The translations under genes were made by a program, and so were the position numbers. The notes beneath the pieces are model-generated. The model did not search any database. It saw only the letters and a list, made by a program, of their open reading frames with translations, and had not been told where the DNA came from. This document shows positions 24,223 to 37,620 of a stretch of DNA of 64,000 nucleotides, in pieces. This DNA comes from Octopus bimaculoides (lineage: Eukaryota): contig NC_068987.1 in NCBI RefSeq assembly GCF_001194135.2, positions 99,499,411-99,563,410 on the forward strand. Reading direction: 5' to 3'. Every line of letters begins with the position of its first letter. Position 1 is the stretch's first letter.

Positions 24223-27200
24223 TAACTCGGAGAAAACTAAAAGTATAATCGATGGTAATACTTAGAAAATGTAACATTTATACAGGGCTATTTTAAAATA
24301 CGGGTTTACTGATGGCAATCTGTCTACATACCAGTTCCGTTTGCTAGAAATATCAGTCCACTTTCTCAGCTAGATGTACCCTCATTAGACTTTGATTTCA
24401 CAGAAAATACATTATCTCAGCATCAAAAATAGGTTTTGATAAGCTTTTTCATTCGTGTTTCATCTATGGACAAATATATCCATCTTCAAAGAATGTAGGT
24501 TTCTAGGTAATGTTCTTAGTTAAGTGACAGTTTACAACAAAATGTTCATTTTGATCATATAAAATTTTCTATATCTAACGTAGGAATGTGTACTATATGA
24601 ATATATATTTTGTTGTTCTTTCATTACAACGTCCCTGTAGATGAATTACGTATTAATATCATCGAATTCATGCATTTTAATGTGGTTTCAAATGAAGCAA
24701 GAATTTGAACTACATTACTCCTCTAGAGATTGTATTTACATTACTAATATAGTTATAATGGATTCCGTAACCATAGAATAAATCCTGTTTATAATGAAAT
24801 AATTATTTGTTTGCGGATTATGTATGGTATTCGTATATATAAAAAAATCCCATTTTTTTGTTCTTTTACTTATTCCATAATATGCCGGCCCATTCTACTT
24901 TTACCATTCTCCATATTTATCATTCATTTAGCATTTGTAAGCCGCCGGTACATCATTGTGTTCGGTAGAAAAGTGGAAAATTCGTGCAATTTCGATTTAT
25001 ATTTTAACAAGGTCAATTTGAGGTAAATAATAAGGGTCAAAAACATGATATCATATTAACACTCACAAATATTCAAAATGTTTTCCTTGCAATTCTGTGA
25101 GCAGTTCAATATTTAGTGAGTCCCAAATTCGGATTTTCACTCTTGAAATGAACAATAAATTGTGTCTGAAAATCTGATAGCTGTTTCCATCCACAACTTT
25201 CTTCCATGATGTGGGGTTCACTCAGAAGGAAATGCCGTCAATGCTTCTTATGATTATGCGCTCATTTCATAACAGAGACCACCAATCACATAGTATATTG
25301 ATGATCTAATTAATCCTAGTTAGTTGTGCCTTCAAATTTTCCGCTTTCCTAGCGACCACCCTGTAGATCATCAGCATTTCCTTCATTTCTTGACTGCAGG
25401 AAATAAAATGTAAATGCTTACTGTCACTGTGATAAGGCAAAATACGTTAAGGAACCTAGATACAAAACTACATAGAACAATGAAACGTAGTAGCTTACAT
25501 TTAAAGAGGAAATTTGAAGTAAGCACCGACACATTTACCACCTGCATACCAAGGTGTATAGAAGTGTACTTTACGTGCCCAAATGTATGGCGCTGGGCGG
25601 TAATGCTAGGAGTTGTACAGACAACAGATGAGACAAATTCTAGTATATTTACCTTTTATTCTCTGCATTATATAGTTCAGATCATTATCTATATAGGTGT
25701 AGTAAACTTTTGTGAAAAAATAAAATTTAATATTTATACGGAGTTAGACATTCTGTAATTCTAGGATCCAATAACAAGTTGGATTGTAAGTTAAAGACGT
25801 TGTTCTATACTCCCCAGTACTTTATTATAGGAAACAGATCACTGACGCAATGTTTTTGGTATTAATTATCTGAAAGAACAAAGTTTGGCACTCCCGGAAA
25901 ATATTGTTGATTAAATCGTTGTAATAAATCTCTTCACAGCTTTCAGTTTTGCCCTGTGATTGTTGACTAACATATAAATGTGCGTTTCCATGTTTTGTAG
26001 GAATAATATTTGGAGTTAATTTCATTATATGCCATATCTAGTAATTTCACAATTTTAAGCTTTAAATTTCCATGGGTTTTCAGCTATTTATGATATGTTT
26101 TTCAAAGATATAATTTTTATCAAAATTTACAGTGTGATAATGGTTATGTTTCTAATTCACGTGAATTCGTCTTATCTAAAGAATAAACTTTCAAGTATAT
26201 CAATTTAACAATCTACTTTCCATACTTCAAAATGTATCTTGAACAATGTTTTCTTCAAAGGATAAGTTAAACTTGAGTCTAGATAGTTTCATTATAATGT
26301 AAAGCATGAAAATATTTTAATTTTCACTTTTTATAACGGTTTTCATATTAGAGACGAACCATAATATATTTTCATATTAGAGATTAACCATAATATATTA
26401 TGTGAAAATACAAAATTCTTCAAGAGTTTTATTTACAATCATGAATTTACAATCATTAGTTTAACGCATTATTTCAAAGGAATAAATCTGAAGCCGACAT
26501 AATTATGCTTATATTTATAAATGTTCAGCGCAGGCATCTCTATCGGGTTTAGTCGTGTGTATTTGTCTAAAAGAAATTGTTTATATAGCTATTTCCGAAA
26601 GGTTACTAAAAGTCACTTGGAACAACAGATTCAACATTATCTGTTCTGTCGCGTAATTTACGTTCGACAGCAAAATTTAAAGCCGATTTGAACTTAATTC
26701 CAAAAATTCAACGTATGCTTTGTAGGCGTTTCGTATAAAATTAGAAAAATATATTATGGGTTTATTTATCAATTTCATAAGTTTCACTCGTTTCTGAAAG
26801 AAAGAATATATTAAATCTTCTTTATTATTTGTATAATTTTTTCGAACATTTCTTACTGAAGCTTCTTAAATTTGCTTTCTTTTAATCACTTTTTATATTA
26901 GAATACATTGTTTCAATTGTGTAATTATCAGTCTTAAATTTATATGAACTCAGTTGCTATGTTTTGTTTTGTAAAAGAGACGTATCAGGTAAACATTTTT
27001 GGGAGGAACCGAAACGTTTTCTTTTTGAATTGGGGCGCAACATGTATAGACTTGATACAACTGCAACGTATGTAGATTTGGAAGGTTGTGATCTCCGTAT
27101 GGTCGACAAGTTTGCGCTGTAAATGACATTTTTTTCTTTAGAAGAAACGTCAAATGAATTAAAAGCTCATTATGTAAGAAAGATGAAGAATTTTTAATAT

Positions 27201-27597
27201 AGTCAAAAATAAACACAAACCCAAATGTTCTACACGTACATACGAAAACTCTGAAATGGAAAAAAATATATTTTCCATTTTATGTATGTATAATTGCATT
27301 TGGATCCACATATTTCCCAGTGTATAAAGTGGGGACATATTTGGTTATAACGGCGATACAACGTATGTTTGAGAGCAGTCGTGTTACATAAAATGTAAGC
27401 TGAACATTACTGATTGTGTGGGTCATCTTTGAAGCATATGGAACACCGAAAAAGAATTTGTTTCCTAGAAATGTAGTGCATATTAAATGCATTCGAATGG
27501 CAATGAAAATTGGAAAAAATAATTATGCATTTAAATACATTCTCAGATTCAATATTGTATTTTCAAAATGAATCAAACTGACTAATTTTCATATCCT

Positions 27598-27795
27598 TGT
27601 ATTGAATATATAATATAACGAAGCGCGGGGAGGAAAGTATACACACAGTGCACTACTATTACTATTACACGAGACGCAACGCGTTATATCAAAAGCTCAC
27701 AGTGAATCTCCTGACGTCCTGGCAGTTGTCTATTTAATAGAAGTGTTTTAGTCTACTTTTAGTCTTGTGGGGATATTCGGAATACTTCTACAACA
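27598..27795 (-). mobile_element. 3' LTR of a Ty3/Gypsy element, 198 bp, TG...CA
   Basis: Minus strand reads polypurine tract AAAAGGGGAGA, then TGTTGTAG...TTCAATACA. Confidence 0.75.
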
Positions 27796-27886
27796 TCTCC
27801 CCTTTTCAGAATCAATCTCCCCTTTTCAGAATCAATCTCCCCTTTTCAGAATCAATCTCCCCTTTTCAGAATCAATCTCCCCTTTT
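27795..27886. repeat. 20-bp tandem repeat, 4.6 copies, each containing the Gypsy polypurine tract
   Basis: atctccccttttcagaatca x4 plus atctcccctttt; identical units, no spacers. Confidence 0.97.
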
Positions 27887-28414
27887 GAGAAACTTGAACT
27901 CCGCTCCAAGTTTTAATATCTCATACCCTTAGGGATCAATTCTAGTGTAAAAATAAGCAAGCACTCTGATTTTCTTATTCTTTTTCCTAACGAACACAGT
28001 TGGTGATCCTCATTCAAAGTGTTACAATTTTTTAGATTACTCCAATCTTTTCTATTCTCTGTAAGTTTACATATTCTAACGCTGCGAACGGTACAGTTCG
28101 TTTTTGTTTAAATGTCGGTATGGCATTTTCTTGTACTTGAAACCCTGCCTTCGTTTTGGTAAACGGACCTAATTTACCAGACAGAATTTCAGTAAAACTA
28201 TTAAAACTTTCTGACGACTTATTTGTGCGGGAGAAAAAAAAAATCATTCACTTATTTATAGAAAAGATTTATGGAGCGGTCGCATAAGTTAAATAATTCC
28301 ATCCAGTCACTACCGAACAAGTTTGTTGCATTATTTAACACAAAAACTTTAGCTTTTACGGTTTTTTCATGAAATGTAATGCTACTTATCAATTCACCCA
28401 TCGGATATAATTTT

Positions 28415-28997
28415 TTGGATCTATTTTAAAACGGGGGCCACATTTCTCATTAATGGTTTACGTAGTGTTTTTGGTACCGAAAGACGTTTAAACTTCGTAT
28501 ACTTATCTATTTTGTGTTATAGAACAGAAAAATATTTTTGTATTCGAATTTATTTCATGTAAAAAATTGTCTTATTTCGATAATTTCAACCAATCACTGA
28601 CAAGTATTCAGTTGTTTACATTTACTCCTTTGGCTGATTAAGTGATGTAAAGCGTATCTAATCTCCATGCCTTCGTTTTATTTGCTTTTTTCATTTTAAA
28701 TTTTCTTTAACCCTAACCCTAACCCTAGGGTTAGGGTTAGGGTTAGGGTTAGGATTAATTGTTTCAGAATCGTTTGTTTATGTAGTCGGCACTTAATGTA
28801 TATCGGCTGAATGTACGTCAGTGATTGGTTGAAATTACAGAAATACGACAACTTTAACATGGAATAACTTATGGATTTCTTTTTTTTCAAGAAGACTAAC
28901 AAAAAAAGATATTTTATATGACACATTCTACCAGTGATCCAAGTTTCAAAGTGTTTCGTTAATGAAAAATGTGGCCCCCGTTTTAAAAAAGATCCAA
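28415..28997. mobile_element. MITE-like element, about 583 bp, with TIRs, internal inverted repeats and a central telomeric palindrome; inserted in the Gypsy protease region
   Basis: TIR ttggatctattttaaaacgggggccacatttctcattaatg versus cgttaatgaaaaatgtggcccccgttttaaaaaagatccaa. Inner inverted repeat 28581-28611 / 28807-28837. Centre (TAACCC)3 TAGGG (TTAGGG)3 TTAGG. Confidence 0.88.
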
Positions 28998-29631
28998 TTT
29001 TTTCTCTGAAACACCACGGGCAATTTTCGATGTTTCCTTTAATTTTGACCTCCTGATTTCTTTCCATGTATCTGTGTAAATTATTGAGATACCACTGCCC
29101 GTCTCCAATTGTGACTTTACGTTTGTATCATTAATTTTCATATACACAAATTTTCTTTCAGGCTTGTTCTAATTTTTTGTCTGTTGAAACGTATTTTAGG
29201 TTCTGTCCTACTATGCGACTTTTTATTGCCTATTTTACCACACTTACTGCATTTTATATTTTTAAGCGGAGAGTTACTTTTAAAATGTCGACCACTACAC
29301 CACTAACATGGATTCGATCTTGATATGTTTTTGTCTATTTTCTTATGCGTTGCCGGTCAACACGCTTGAATCTGAGAAAAATCTTTCTCTTCAATTTTAT
29401 TTGCGTCGTGTCGTAGGTTAATAATCCTTTGACATTCGTATACTGGAGCCTGCATTGTTAAATTTCGGTTTTGTTCTAATTTTGTTAATATCCGGTGAAC
29501 AAATTTCTATCTGCATCTTTGTTTTCAGTAAGCCCTTAAACAGAAATTAAACACTTGAACATGTTCAGGGTTAACGCATTCAATTTGTATCTCTCATATT
29601 CTCTGTTTATCACTCTGGCATAAGTGACGAA

Positions 29632-29722
29632 ATCTGCTTTGACCAGCATCATCTGTTTTGACCAGCATCATCTGTTTTGACCAGCATCATCTGTTTTGAC
29701 CAGCATCATCTGTTTTGACCAG
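29632..29722. repeat. 19-bp tandem repeat, 4.8 copies, inside Gypsy gag
   Basis: atctg(c/t)tttgaccagcatc x4 plus atctgttttgaccag. Confidence 0.97.
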
Positions 29723-30414
29723 TAAGTATAGAACGGGGAACTTCTTTCACTGAAAATTCACGATAAAATATTGTTTCTTTGAAACAAATCCCATTTCGCA
29801 TTTTCAGCAGAATACAATTACTATATATTTCGGGTTCGGAAAGGGATAGCTGTCTTAAAAGTAGTCGTACTTTTTTTCTCGTCGGACAAACTTTTATACG
29901 CTTCTTTGAGGCTTTCTGCGTATCTACGAAAGTATTCAGAGAAGATAATCCTTTCTTCTGGATTATAGCAGAACTATTCAATTAAGGTTGCTACGCAGTC
30001 TGGCGAGTACGAATCTGAAGTATTTTCAGACTTCCTCAACATTAATTCCAGCAACTGTTGGTTTTGTTGTTGTTGCTGGAGTTGTTTTTCGACAACACCA
30101 CGGTGGCCAATAAATTGTCCATGTTAAAATGTCTTATTTTAGTTTCTTACCAAATAAATTTTAATTGTACAACGCAATACTTCTTTATTAGGAATTACAG
30201 CCATAACACAAAGAGGAGAGCTCAAGGACAGACAGAACACCACAGTAGGGACACAGCATAAAACAATTCAAAAATGAAAGATGTATAAAAATAATAAAAA
30301 TAATAAAAATAAATGATGATGAAATGGTTTTATTAAGCCCCACTCTCAAGCAGTACTATTTAACTGTTAAATCATACACATTTTAAAAAGTCTTCAACGA
30401 CTATGTTGCAATGG

Positions 30415-30810
30415 TGTTTCTTATTTCTTTATTACCAACAAGGGGCAAAGTCGACCTCGGCGGAATTTGAACTCAGAACGTAGCTGCAGACGAAATACCG
30501 CTAAGCATTGTGTCCGTCCTGCTAACATTTCTGCTCGCCACCTTTCATCGCTAAGCATTTCGACCGGCGTGCTAACGTTTCTTATTTCTTTATTGCCCAC
30601 AAGAGGCTAAACATAGAGGAGACAAACAAGGACAGACAAAGGGATTAAGTCGATTAAATCGACCCCAGTACGCAATTGGTGCTTAATTTATCGACCCCGA
30701 AAGGATGAAAGGCAAAGTCGACCACGGCGGAATTTGAACTCAGAACGTAACAGCAGACGAAATATCATTAAGCATTTCACCCGGCGTGCTAACGTTTCTA
30801 CGTGTTGGCC
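30415..30810 (-). mobile_element. Adjacent copies of a tRNA-derived SINE with a Deu/Nin-like core
   Basis: Minus strand carries ttctgagttcaaattccgccg..gtcgactttgcctttcatcctttcggggtcgataaattaagcacc and an ..aataaagaaataagaaa tail. The same family occurs at 49655-50060. Confidence 0.85.
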
Positions 30811-33800
30811 GCTTTTATTACAATGATGTTTCTGCTTCCTTGCTACCCTCCGTTGGTAATGTTGGTTCTGCTGGTGTATCGAGCCAGTTACTTGTCTCCT
30901 CCATATCTATCTCCTTCATCCTTTTTCTGACTCTCCAGTGGAGAGCTGACACGCTCTTTCCTTTTCCTCCTATTCACGAGTGAATGATACTTCTTCTCTG
31001 TCTTTCTCTCCTTCGGCACCACCACACTACACTCTATCTTATTTGTTTCAGAAGCGAGCCTACCGAAAATGCATACCGGAACGCAACACATAACATTTTC
31101 ACAGAGAAAGACAAGTTTCGCATAACTGAATTTTTTATAAATTGTGAAAGGAGATGAGCGTGACTATACTAAACACGGAAAAATAAAAAGCACACTATGA
31201 ACAGTGGTTAGTAGAGAAACTAATAGATCTCCACAAAAGAAGCATTTGCTCGGTTGTTGGTAAATTTTGTTTAGTGAAGGAAAAGACTATTACAGAGGAA
31301 GAAAGAATCTTACTACTACACCTGAATGAGGCACAACATAGCGAAAGAAAGAGATTACTAGCTGTGACAGAAATCGAAAAGAAAAAAATATATAACGTAG
31401 TTTAACAGATGAACGAAATGTCAAGGAAAATTTACATCGAAAACACAACAGTTCTTATATATATTTTGCAGCCTCTGTCATTGTGCAACCATGCGAGTGA
31501 AGTGAAACAAAAACGATGATAAAGGCCCCATGTCGGGAACGAAGGCTTGAGAACGATATTGAACAGGTTGGTAGAGATCCTGGACTGTTTCAGGTAACTA
31601 TAGAAGAGAAGGGGAATGAAACACAGGAAAGAAACCGCAAATGATATACAATATAAGAGAGAATCACTGTAAAATAAACTAAAAAAGTAACTAAATGACG
31701 GAAGTAGTGTGGAGTAAATTAGTACGTATATTGGAGACACCTGGATAACGGAAGGTTGGTTGCTGTTCAGTTCCTCTCAAAGCAGCACTTCCTCTGTTTT
31801 GCAAGACAATATTCGTCAATAGGTCCCGGCCTGACATCTTTCAGAACAGGCCAGGTAGATCATTCTGGTTCACTCGCAAAGTGTCTTCGAGAAAACCATC
31901 GATATTGTTCGTCATTGACACTCTCTTGAATGCTAATTTGAATCATTCATGTGCTGTAGTTCTTGATTAAATAAATGATAATATATTTACTTATTTCTAT
32001 ACATTGATGGGGGGGGGGGGTGATTATGTCAGTAATTAAATTTTGAATAGTGGTCGAAAAATTAAATATCATGGATAAAACAAGATATTGTTCAATCGCT
32101 CAATGTATACAAATACAGGTAACTGATGTAGGATTACAAGGTGATGGAAAAATGAGAAAGTACGTTGCCAAAGAGCACAAGAGAAGCGTTAGGAAGGTGA
32201 TTATTGCAAAATATATTGGCGGTCATTCAAAGGTATTCAATACTGAACCATGCTAATCTCAAGATGCTGGATAGAAGAACTAAGAATATAGTTACAATTC
32301 ATGATAAACGCAACCCTTAAAGGTATAGCGACAATGTCTAATTACCAGCAGTGGATAAGACGTAGAATTCTGTTAAATGGAGTGAAGCGATTTCCGGTTG
32401 AATAAACATAGTGTGAATAGTGTAGAAAATATTTTATATGCAACACGATACATGTCCTTTCGCCTTACATTCAAAATTAATGTATTCTTATATATATATA
32501 GTCTGAGTTCATTTATTCGCAAACAAAGCTTCTGCCTGAGTGCATCAACTCACTTGTGATGTAAAATATTTCAAATCATTTTTAGTTCCCGCGATATTCT
32601 CACACACATAAATACTGATGTTCACGTGGATACAAATGATTAGATCGTAGTGTTGCATATAATTTATACCCTTAGTGTCTCAGTTAACTCAGGCAATAGT
32701 TCTACAGAGTTATAAATGATAATGTATATTCACTATACTTTAAATTCATTTGCACCTAGATATCTCACTTCTAATTCTATAACCTCAAATTCCAAAGATT
32801 ATAGCAACCGTCTAGACTATACCAATTACATTCGCTGCACCATGCCCTCATTAAGACATAAGATTTAATATTTTTTCCTCATGATTTTGTTTTTCATGAT
32901 TTACTTTTTATTCTTGTTTCACTTAATTGTAAATTTAATAGATTATATGAAAAAGAAATAATTAATCAAAATTCAATGTGAGTGGTGGGATAGCTAGAAT
33001 AACGTAATCAAAAACAAATTCATAGTAAAAATACAATAAAAAATAAAATGTACAACGTGTAAAAATTTATAAACACTGAAAAGGAAATAAAAAGGCATTA
33101 AATAGTTAAGAATAAATGACAAAGTATGTTCTATGAAATAAAGTAATAATTAGAAACGAAAATTAAATTAAATAGAAACACATTACTAGTTAGGGTGGTT
33201 GCAAATTTCTTTAAATGAATGAAATGCTTTAGCGTAAATTAAATTGCAATAAGTATATAGATTTTGCCAAGTTTCTTTCATGAATTTACAAGTGACAATT
33301 ATATCTGGTGTAGCCACTATCAAAAACTTAAACATCCAATACCTAGCTGTTCCGTATCACAATTTTGTCTCGGGCAAGGCACGAGGAGGGAGACAGGCGC
33401 GCATATGTGCTTGCTATGGGAAATAAAATTCGCTGGAATGGTCAAATTACTTTTCTTTTATTGATTTGCGTATGCCCTTCTTCATTTACAATGGATTATC
33501 TTCTGCTTGTTTAAATTTTAAATTCATTTTTGTGAAACAAGGGTCTTTTATTGAAAACGTGTCAGTATTTATTTCAGCAAAGACTATCTAATCTATTGGA
33601 AAGAAAACAGACCGCGAAATACGGGTATATGTCATATGAAACCTAAAAATATACCTGTTGTTGAAAACATTCTGGCTTAGAAAAAAGAAAATAACACAAA
33701 ACTATAGAAAGGGATATATTAATTTACAAGATCTCACATATCTAAAGAGATCTAGCACTGGTGCAGCTATGGTGGTGTGGTCAGAAGTTTCCCTCTCAGC

Positions 33801-34369
33801 TCAATGGCTTCGGGTTCAGTTCCACTGCGTGCAACCTTGAGCACTGTCATCATTTGTTTGTTTATTACCAAGCCGGCAGACCGTCTTGAAATGTATAGTC
33901 GTATAAAACAAATACAAGTATTATTTTTAAGCACCTGATGCATTTTATAAATAAATATGTATTGTTAACTTTTGGGATGGTCATTTCTTTCAATGTTTCA
34001 ACACACAGTTTCCCAGCAGGCATCTTGCAACTCAGATTCATAAACCTGTATATATATTATCGACAGTGTGTCACTTTGAAAGCTATATATTTCGAACAAG
34101 AATTTAGCAGTGACACCTCCAGTCGAACAGTTATTCTGTGGTTATGAAGGGAAATAACCAACAAATCGCGATACACAGATATTGCTTTGTTTTTTGTTGA
34201 GTGGGGATGCTAAACCCCTTAGTGCAAAACTATAAGGACGTCGATAGTGCATCGTATAGCCAGCTGAGGAGGATGTTTTCTGGGGTTAAATAAGATTCAA
34301 CTGCTAGGTTATGTGGGCACATATTTCTTATATTATTATTATTAATAAAAGAAAGAAAAATTATAAATA

Positions 34370-34613
34370 TACCTTTTAAAGCCTAGCCAGACTCATGGGC
34401 CCGGTTTCTCGGTTTCAATGGCGTATGTGCACCCCAGCTGGACGGACGCCAGTCCTTCGCAGCGTTACTCATTTTTGCCAACTGAGTGGACTGGAGCAAC
34501 GTGAAATGAAGTGTTTTGCTCAAGAACACAACGCATCGCGCGGTCCAGGAATCGAAGCCACAATCTTACGATCCTGATGCTGACACCCTAACCACTAAGC
34601 CTCGCGCCTCCAC
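34370..34613 (-). mobile_element. tRNA-derived SINE, second family
   Basis: Minus strand: gtggaggcgcgaggcttagtggttagggtg (A-box-like), ggcttcgattcc (B-box-like), then ttcttgagcaaaacacttcatttcacgttgctccagtccactcag. Confidence 0.8.
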
Positions 34614-34678
34614 TATTATTATTATATAAAAATGAATATACACAAATATGCAAACACACATATATATGTGTGCGTGTG

Positions 34679-34803
<125 letters not shown>

Positions 34804-35649
34804 TAGAGAGTGAGTGAGTGAGTGTGTGTGCGCGTATGTATGCGTGTGTGTGTATTTTAAAAACGTACGCATCGCATAAGAAATAAGTACGTCAGTAAAA
34901 TTGTGAAAGTATAAGGACTTGTTGACGAACACATGAATACAAACTAATGTATACGTACCTACGCATACGTATACATAAACATGTAAATGTATGCATAAAT
35001 ATACATACACGTAGATTTATTACTTTTATACAAGCATACATAAGCACACACACACACACACACACACATACACACACTCATGCACACTCATGCACACACA
35101 GATATATATACTTATGTGTGTATATATGTCTGTACCTATGAATCTATATATCGTATGCTCGTATATTTCCCAAAGCATATATTGTCCATTAGCGAATATT
35201 TACTTCGGTTCAACTGGCAACATTTTAGAAATGCATTATTTAGTTTCTCATTTAATATGACATTCATACATTAATGTACTATTTTCCATAGACTACTCGA
35301 TTAAACATATGTATACAATAAGTCTTTTAGTCAATAAGACATGTAAATGTATAGACCTTTATTAATATGCAAGCGAAAGTTCACCAACCGTATTCAACTT
35401 TCAAATATCACTTATTATTTCAAAATAGAATATTTCTATTACTGTTTGGTAGAATAAATCTCAACTAATACAATCATTCTTTTCAGTACAAGAAGCCGAA
35501 TATGACCTCTGGCTGGACATCTACATGTATGATTGACGATCACTAGATTGGCATTTCTTAAGACTCGAATTGTATGAGAGGAATTATGCATATTCGTACA
35601 GAGAATTACACATGCACGAACATATGCAAATTAGTAGAAAAAAACCCTA

Positions 35650-35692
35650 ATCAAACTACTACTACTACTACTGCTACTACTACTACTACTAT

Positions 35693-35781
<89 letters not shown>

Positions 35782-35929
35782 GGGTGGAACACCTGGCGAA
35801 AACAGTATTGCTTGGAACCGCTCGAGTATTCAGGATGGTACTCGAAAAATAAGCAGTGTTACCTTAGTTCACTGGTAGTGAACAGCTGACAACGTAGTAC
35901 ATCTCTAGCGTTAGAACCTATGCAACGAC

Positions 35930-36022
<93 letters not shown>

Positions 36023-36054
36023 AAGAAGAAGAAGAAGAAGAAGAAGAAGAAGAA
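35650..36054. repeat. Compound (ACT)n/(AAT)n/(AAG)n microsatellite interrupted by a LINE 3' end
   Basis: Direct inspection. Confidence 0.95.
35781..35930 (+). mobile_element. 5'-truncated R4/Dong-type LINE 3' end, flanked by (AAT)n on both sides
   Basis: RVEHLAKTVLLGTARVFRMVLEK* matches the R4-clade C-terminus (KxxLLGTAxILRxVL*), followed by a short 3' UTR. Confidence 0.75.
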
Positions 36055-36777
36055 NNNNNNNNNNNNNNNNNNNNNNNNNNNNNNNNNNNNNNNNNNNNNN
36101 NNNNNNNNNNNNNNNNNNNNNNNNNNNNNNNNNNNNNNNNNNNNNNNNNNNNNNNNNNNNNNNNNNNNNNNNNNNNNNNNNNNNNNNNNNNNNNNNNNNN
36201 NNNNNNNNNNNNNNNNNNNNNNNNNNNNNNNNNNNNNNNNNNNNNNNNNNNNNNNNNNNNNNNNNNNNNNNNNNNNNNNNNNNNNNNNNNNNNNNNNNNN
36301 NAGAAGAAGAGAGAGATAGGGAGGGGAAGAGAGAGATGGGGAGGGGGAGAACTGTGGAGGGTACGGGGAGGAGGATGGAGGGGAGAAAGAGGTGGTGGTG
36401 TGCGAAGTTCTTTTTCTCTGTTATTTAGCCCGTCTGTAACGCTGAAGGGAAAGTCGAAGAACGAATGAAGAACCAGAGAGAAAAAGAGGGTAAGGCGAAG
36501 AGTTAGAGAGAAGCAGTGAAAGAGTTATGTAGTAAGTCCATAAAATTGCGCATAAATTATATAAAACGTATACAGAAAAAAGCATTAAGTAATCGTCGTA
36601 TTCCTATTTGCATCATTTATCAATGATTAGTAGATGTGCAATTATTTTTTGATACAGACACAACACAGGCTACGTTTTCAGGTTTTTTGAATAAACTTTT
36701 CAGAAATAACCCAATAAGTCTACCATTAAATTCGTGAAATATTTATGGGTCTCGTGAAATATTATGGGTCACAGCTC

Positions 36778-36895
36778 TATAAAACAGTATAATTAAGGAC
36801 AGCTAGGATACCTAGGAGGGTTCTTGGCATCTAACATTACTTTTTGTAGCCCAATGGCAGTATTTTTTTCTTTCCCAACAGTCTAATCTACTGTG

Positions 36896-36896
<1 letters not shown>
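36778..36896 (+). mobile_element. R4/Dong-type LINE 3' end, a different family
   Basis: KTV*LRTARIPRRVLGI* followed by a UTR and (AAT)n. Confidence 0.6.
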
Positions 36897-36970
<74 letters not shown>

Positions 36971-37521
36971 CAAAGATAGATGCGAATAGGTTGACAGAAA
37001 GATAGACGCAAATAGGCCAGACATCATACTGAAAGACTTCAGACAAAAATCATGCCTCCTCATTGATATGACTGTCCCAATTGATATAAACGTATTTGTC
37101 AAGACCCACCAAGAACTGAGCAAAAATGAAGATGTTGAAATAGAAATTAGCAAAATGTGGAATCTGAAGACTAAAACAATACCTATTGTCACAGGTGCTC
37201 TGGGAATGATAGCGAAACGGCTGATTACTACCTAGCTCAGATACCAGGAAACCCCAAAATGGCTGAAGTTCAAAAGATAGTGCTCATGGGAACTGCCCAT
37301 ATCCTACGTAAAATACTGTGTATGTGATCTCAAATTTTAAAACAAACACATACGTTTCTTATGGTTTCTTAAAGATTCTCTAGAACAATACTATGTACAA
37401 ATCCAAATATATGGTACCCTAGGCATAACACCTACATGAACTTCTAACTTGTTGTCTCTTGAGGTCTCTGGGTGAGACTTGGATCCAACTTGTACAAATG
37501 CAAAGCAAAAGTCAAACATAA

Positions 37522-37522
<1 letters not shown>
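36971..37522 (+). mobile_element. R4/Dong-type LINE: restriction-like endonuclease domain plus 3' UTR, embedded in (AAT)n
   Basis: DRKIDANRPDIILKDFRQKSCLLIDMTVP..KMWNLKTKTIPIVTGALGM..LMGTAHILRKILCM*; (AAT)n on both flanks. Confidence 0.9.

Positions 37523-37620
<98 letters not shown>

Larger units (their letters stand above)
27887..30122 (-). mobile_element. Ty3/Gypsy internal region: decayed gag, protease and RT start; most of pol deleted
   Basis: gag from ATG at 30122 (..FCYNPEERIIFSEYFRRY..DEKKVRLLLRQL..). Degenerate knuckles (C*WCSGRH, CSKCGKIGN). Protease QLETGSGISII (DTG motif altered) and NLFGSDWMELF. RT start GKLGPFTKTKAGFQVQENAIPTFKQKRTVPFAAL..IEKIGVI..PTVFVRKKNKKIRV, then a jump to the 3' end. 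Confidence 0.85.

Noticed and set aside
27795-27886. 20-bp and 19-bp arrays as CRISPR-like repeats
   Set aside because: Units are directly adjacent with no spacers, there are no cas genes, and the context is eukaryotic.
28708-28753. Telomere-telomere chromosome fusion scar
   Set aside because: A fusion gives (TTAGGG)n then (CCCTAA)n. The order here is reversed, very short, and centred in a TIR element.
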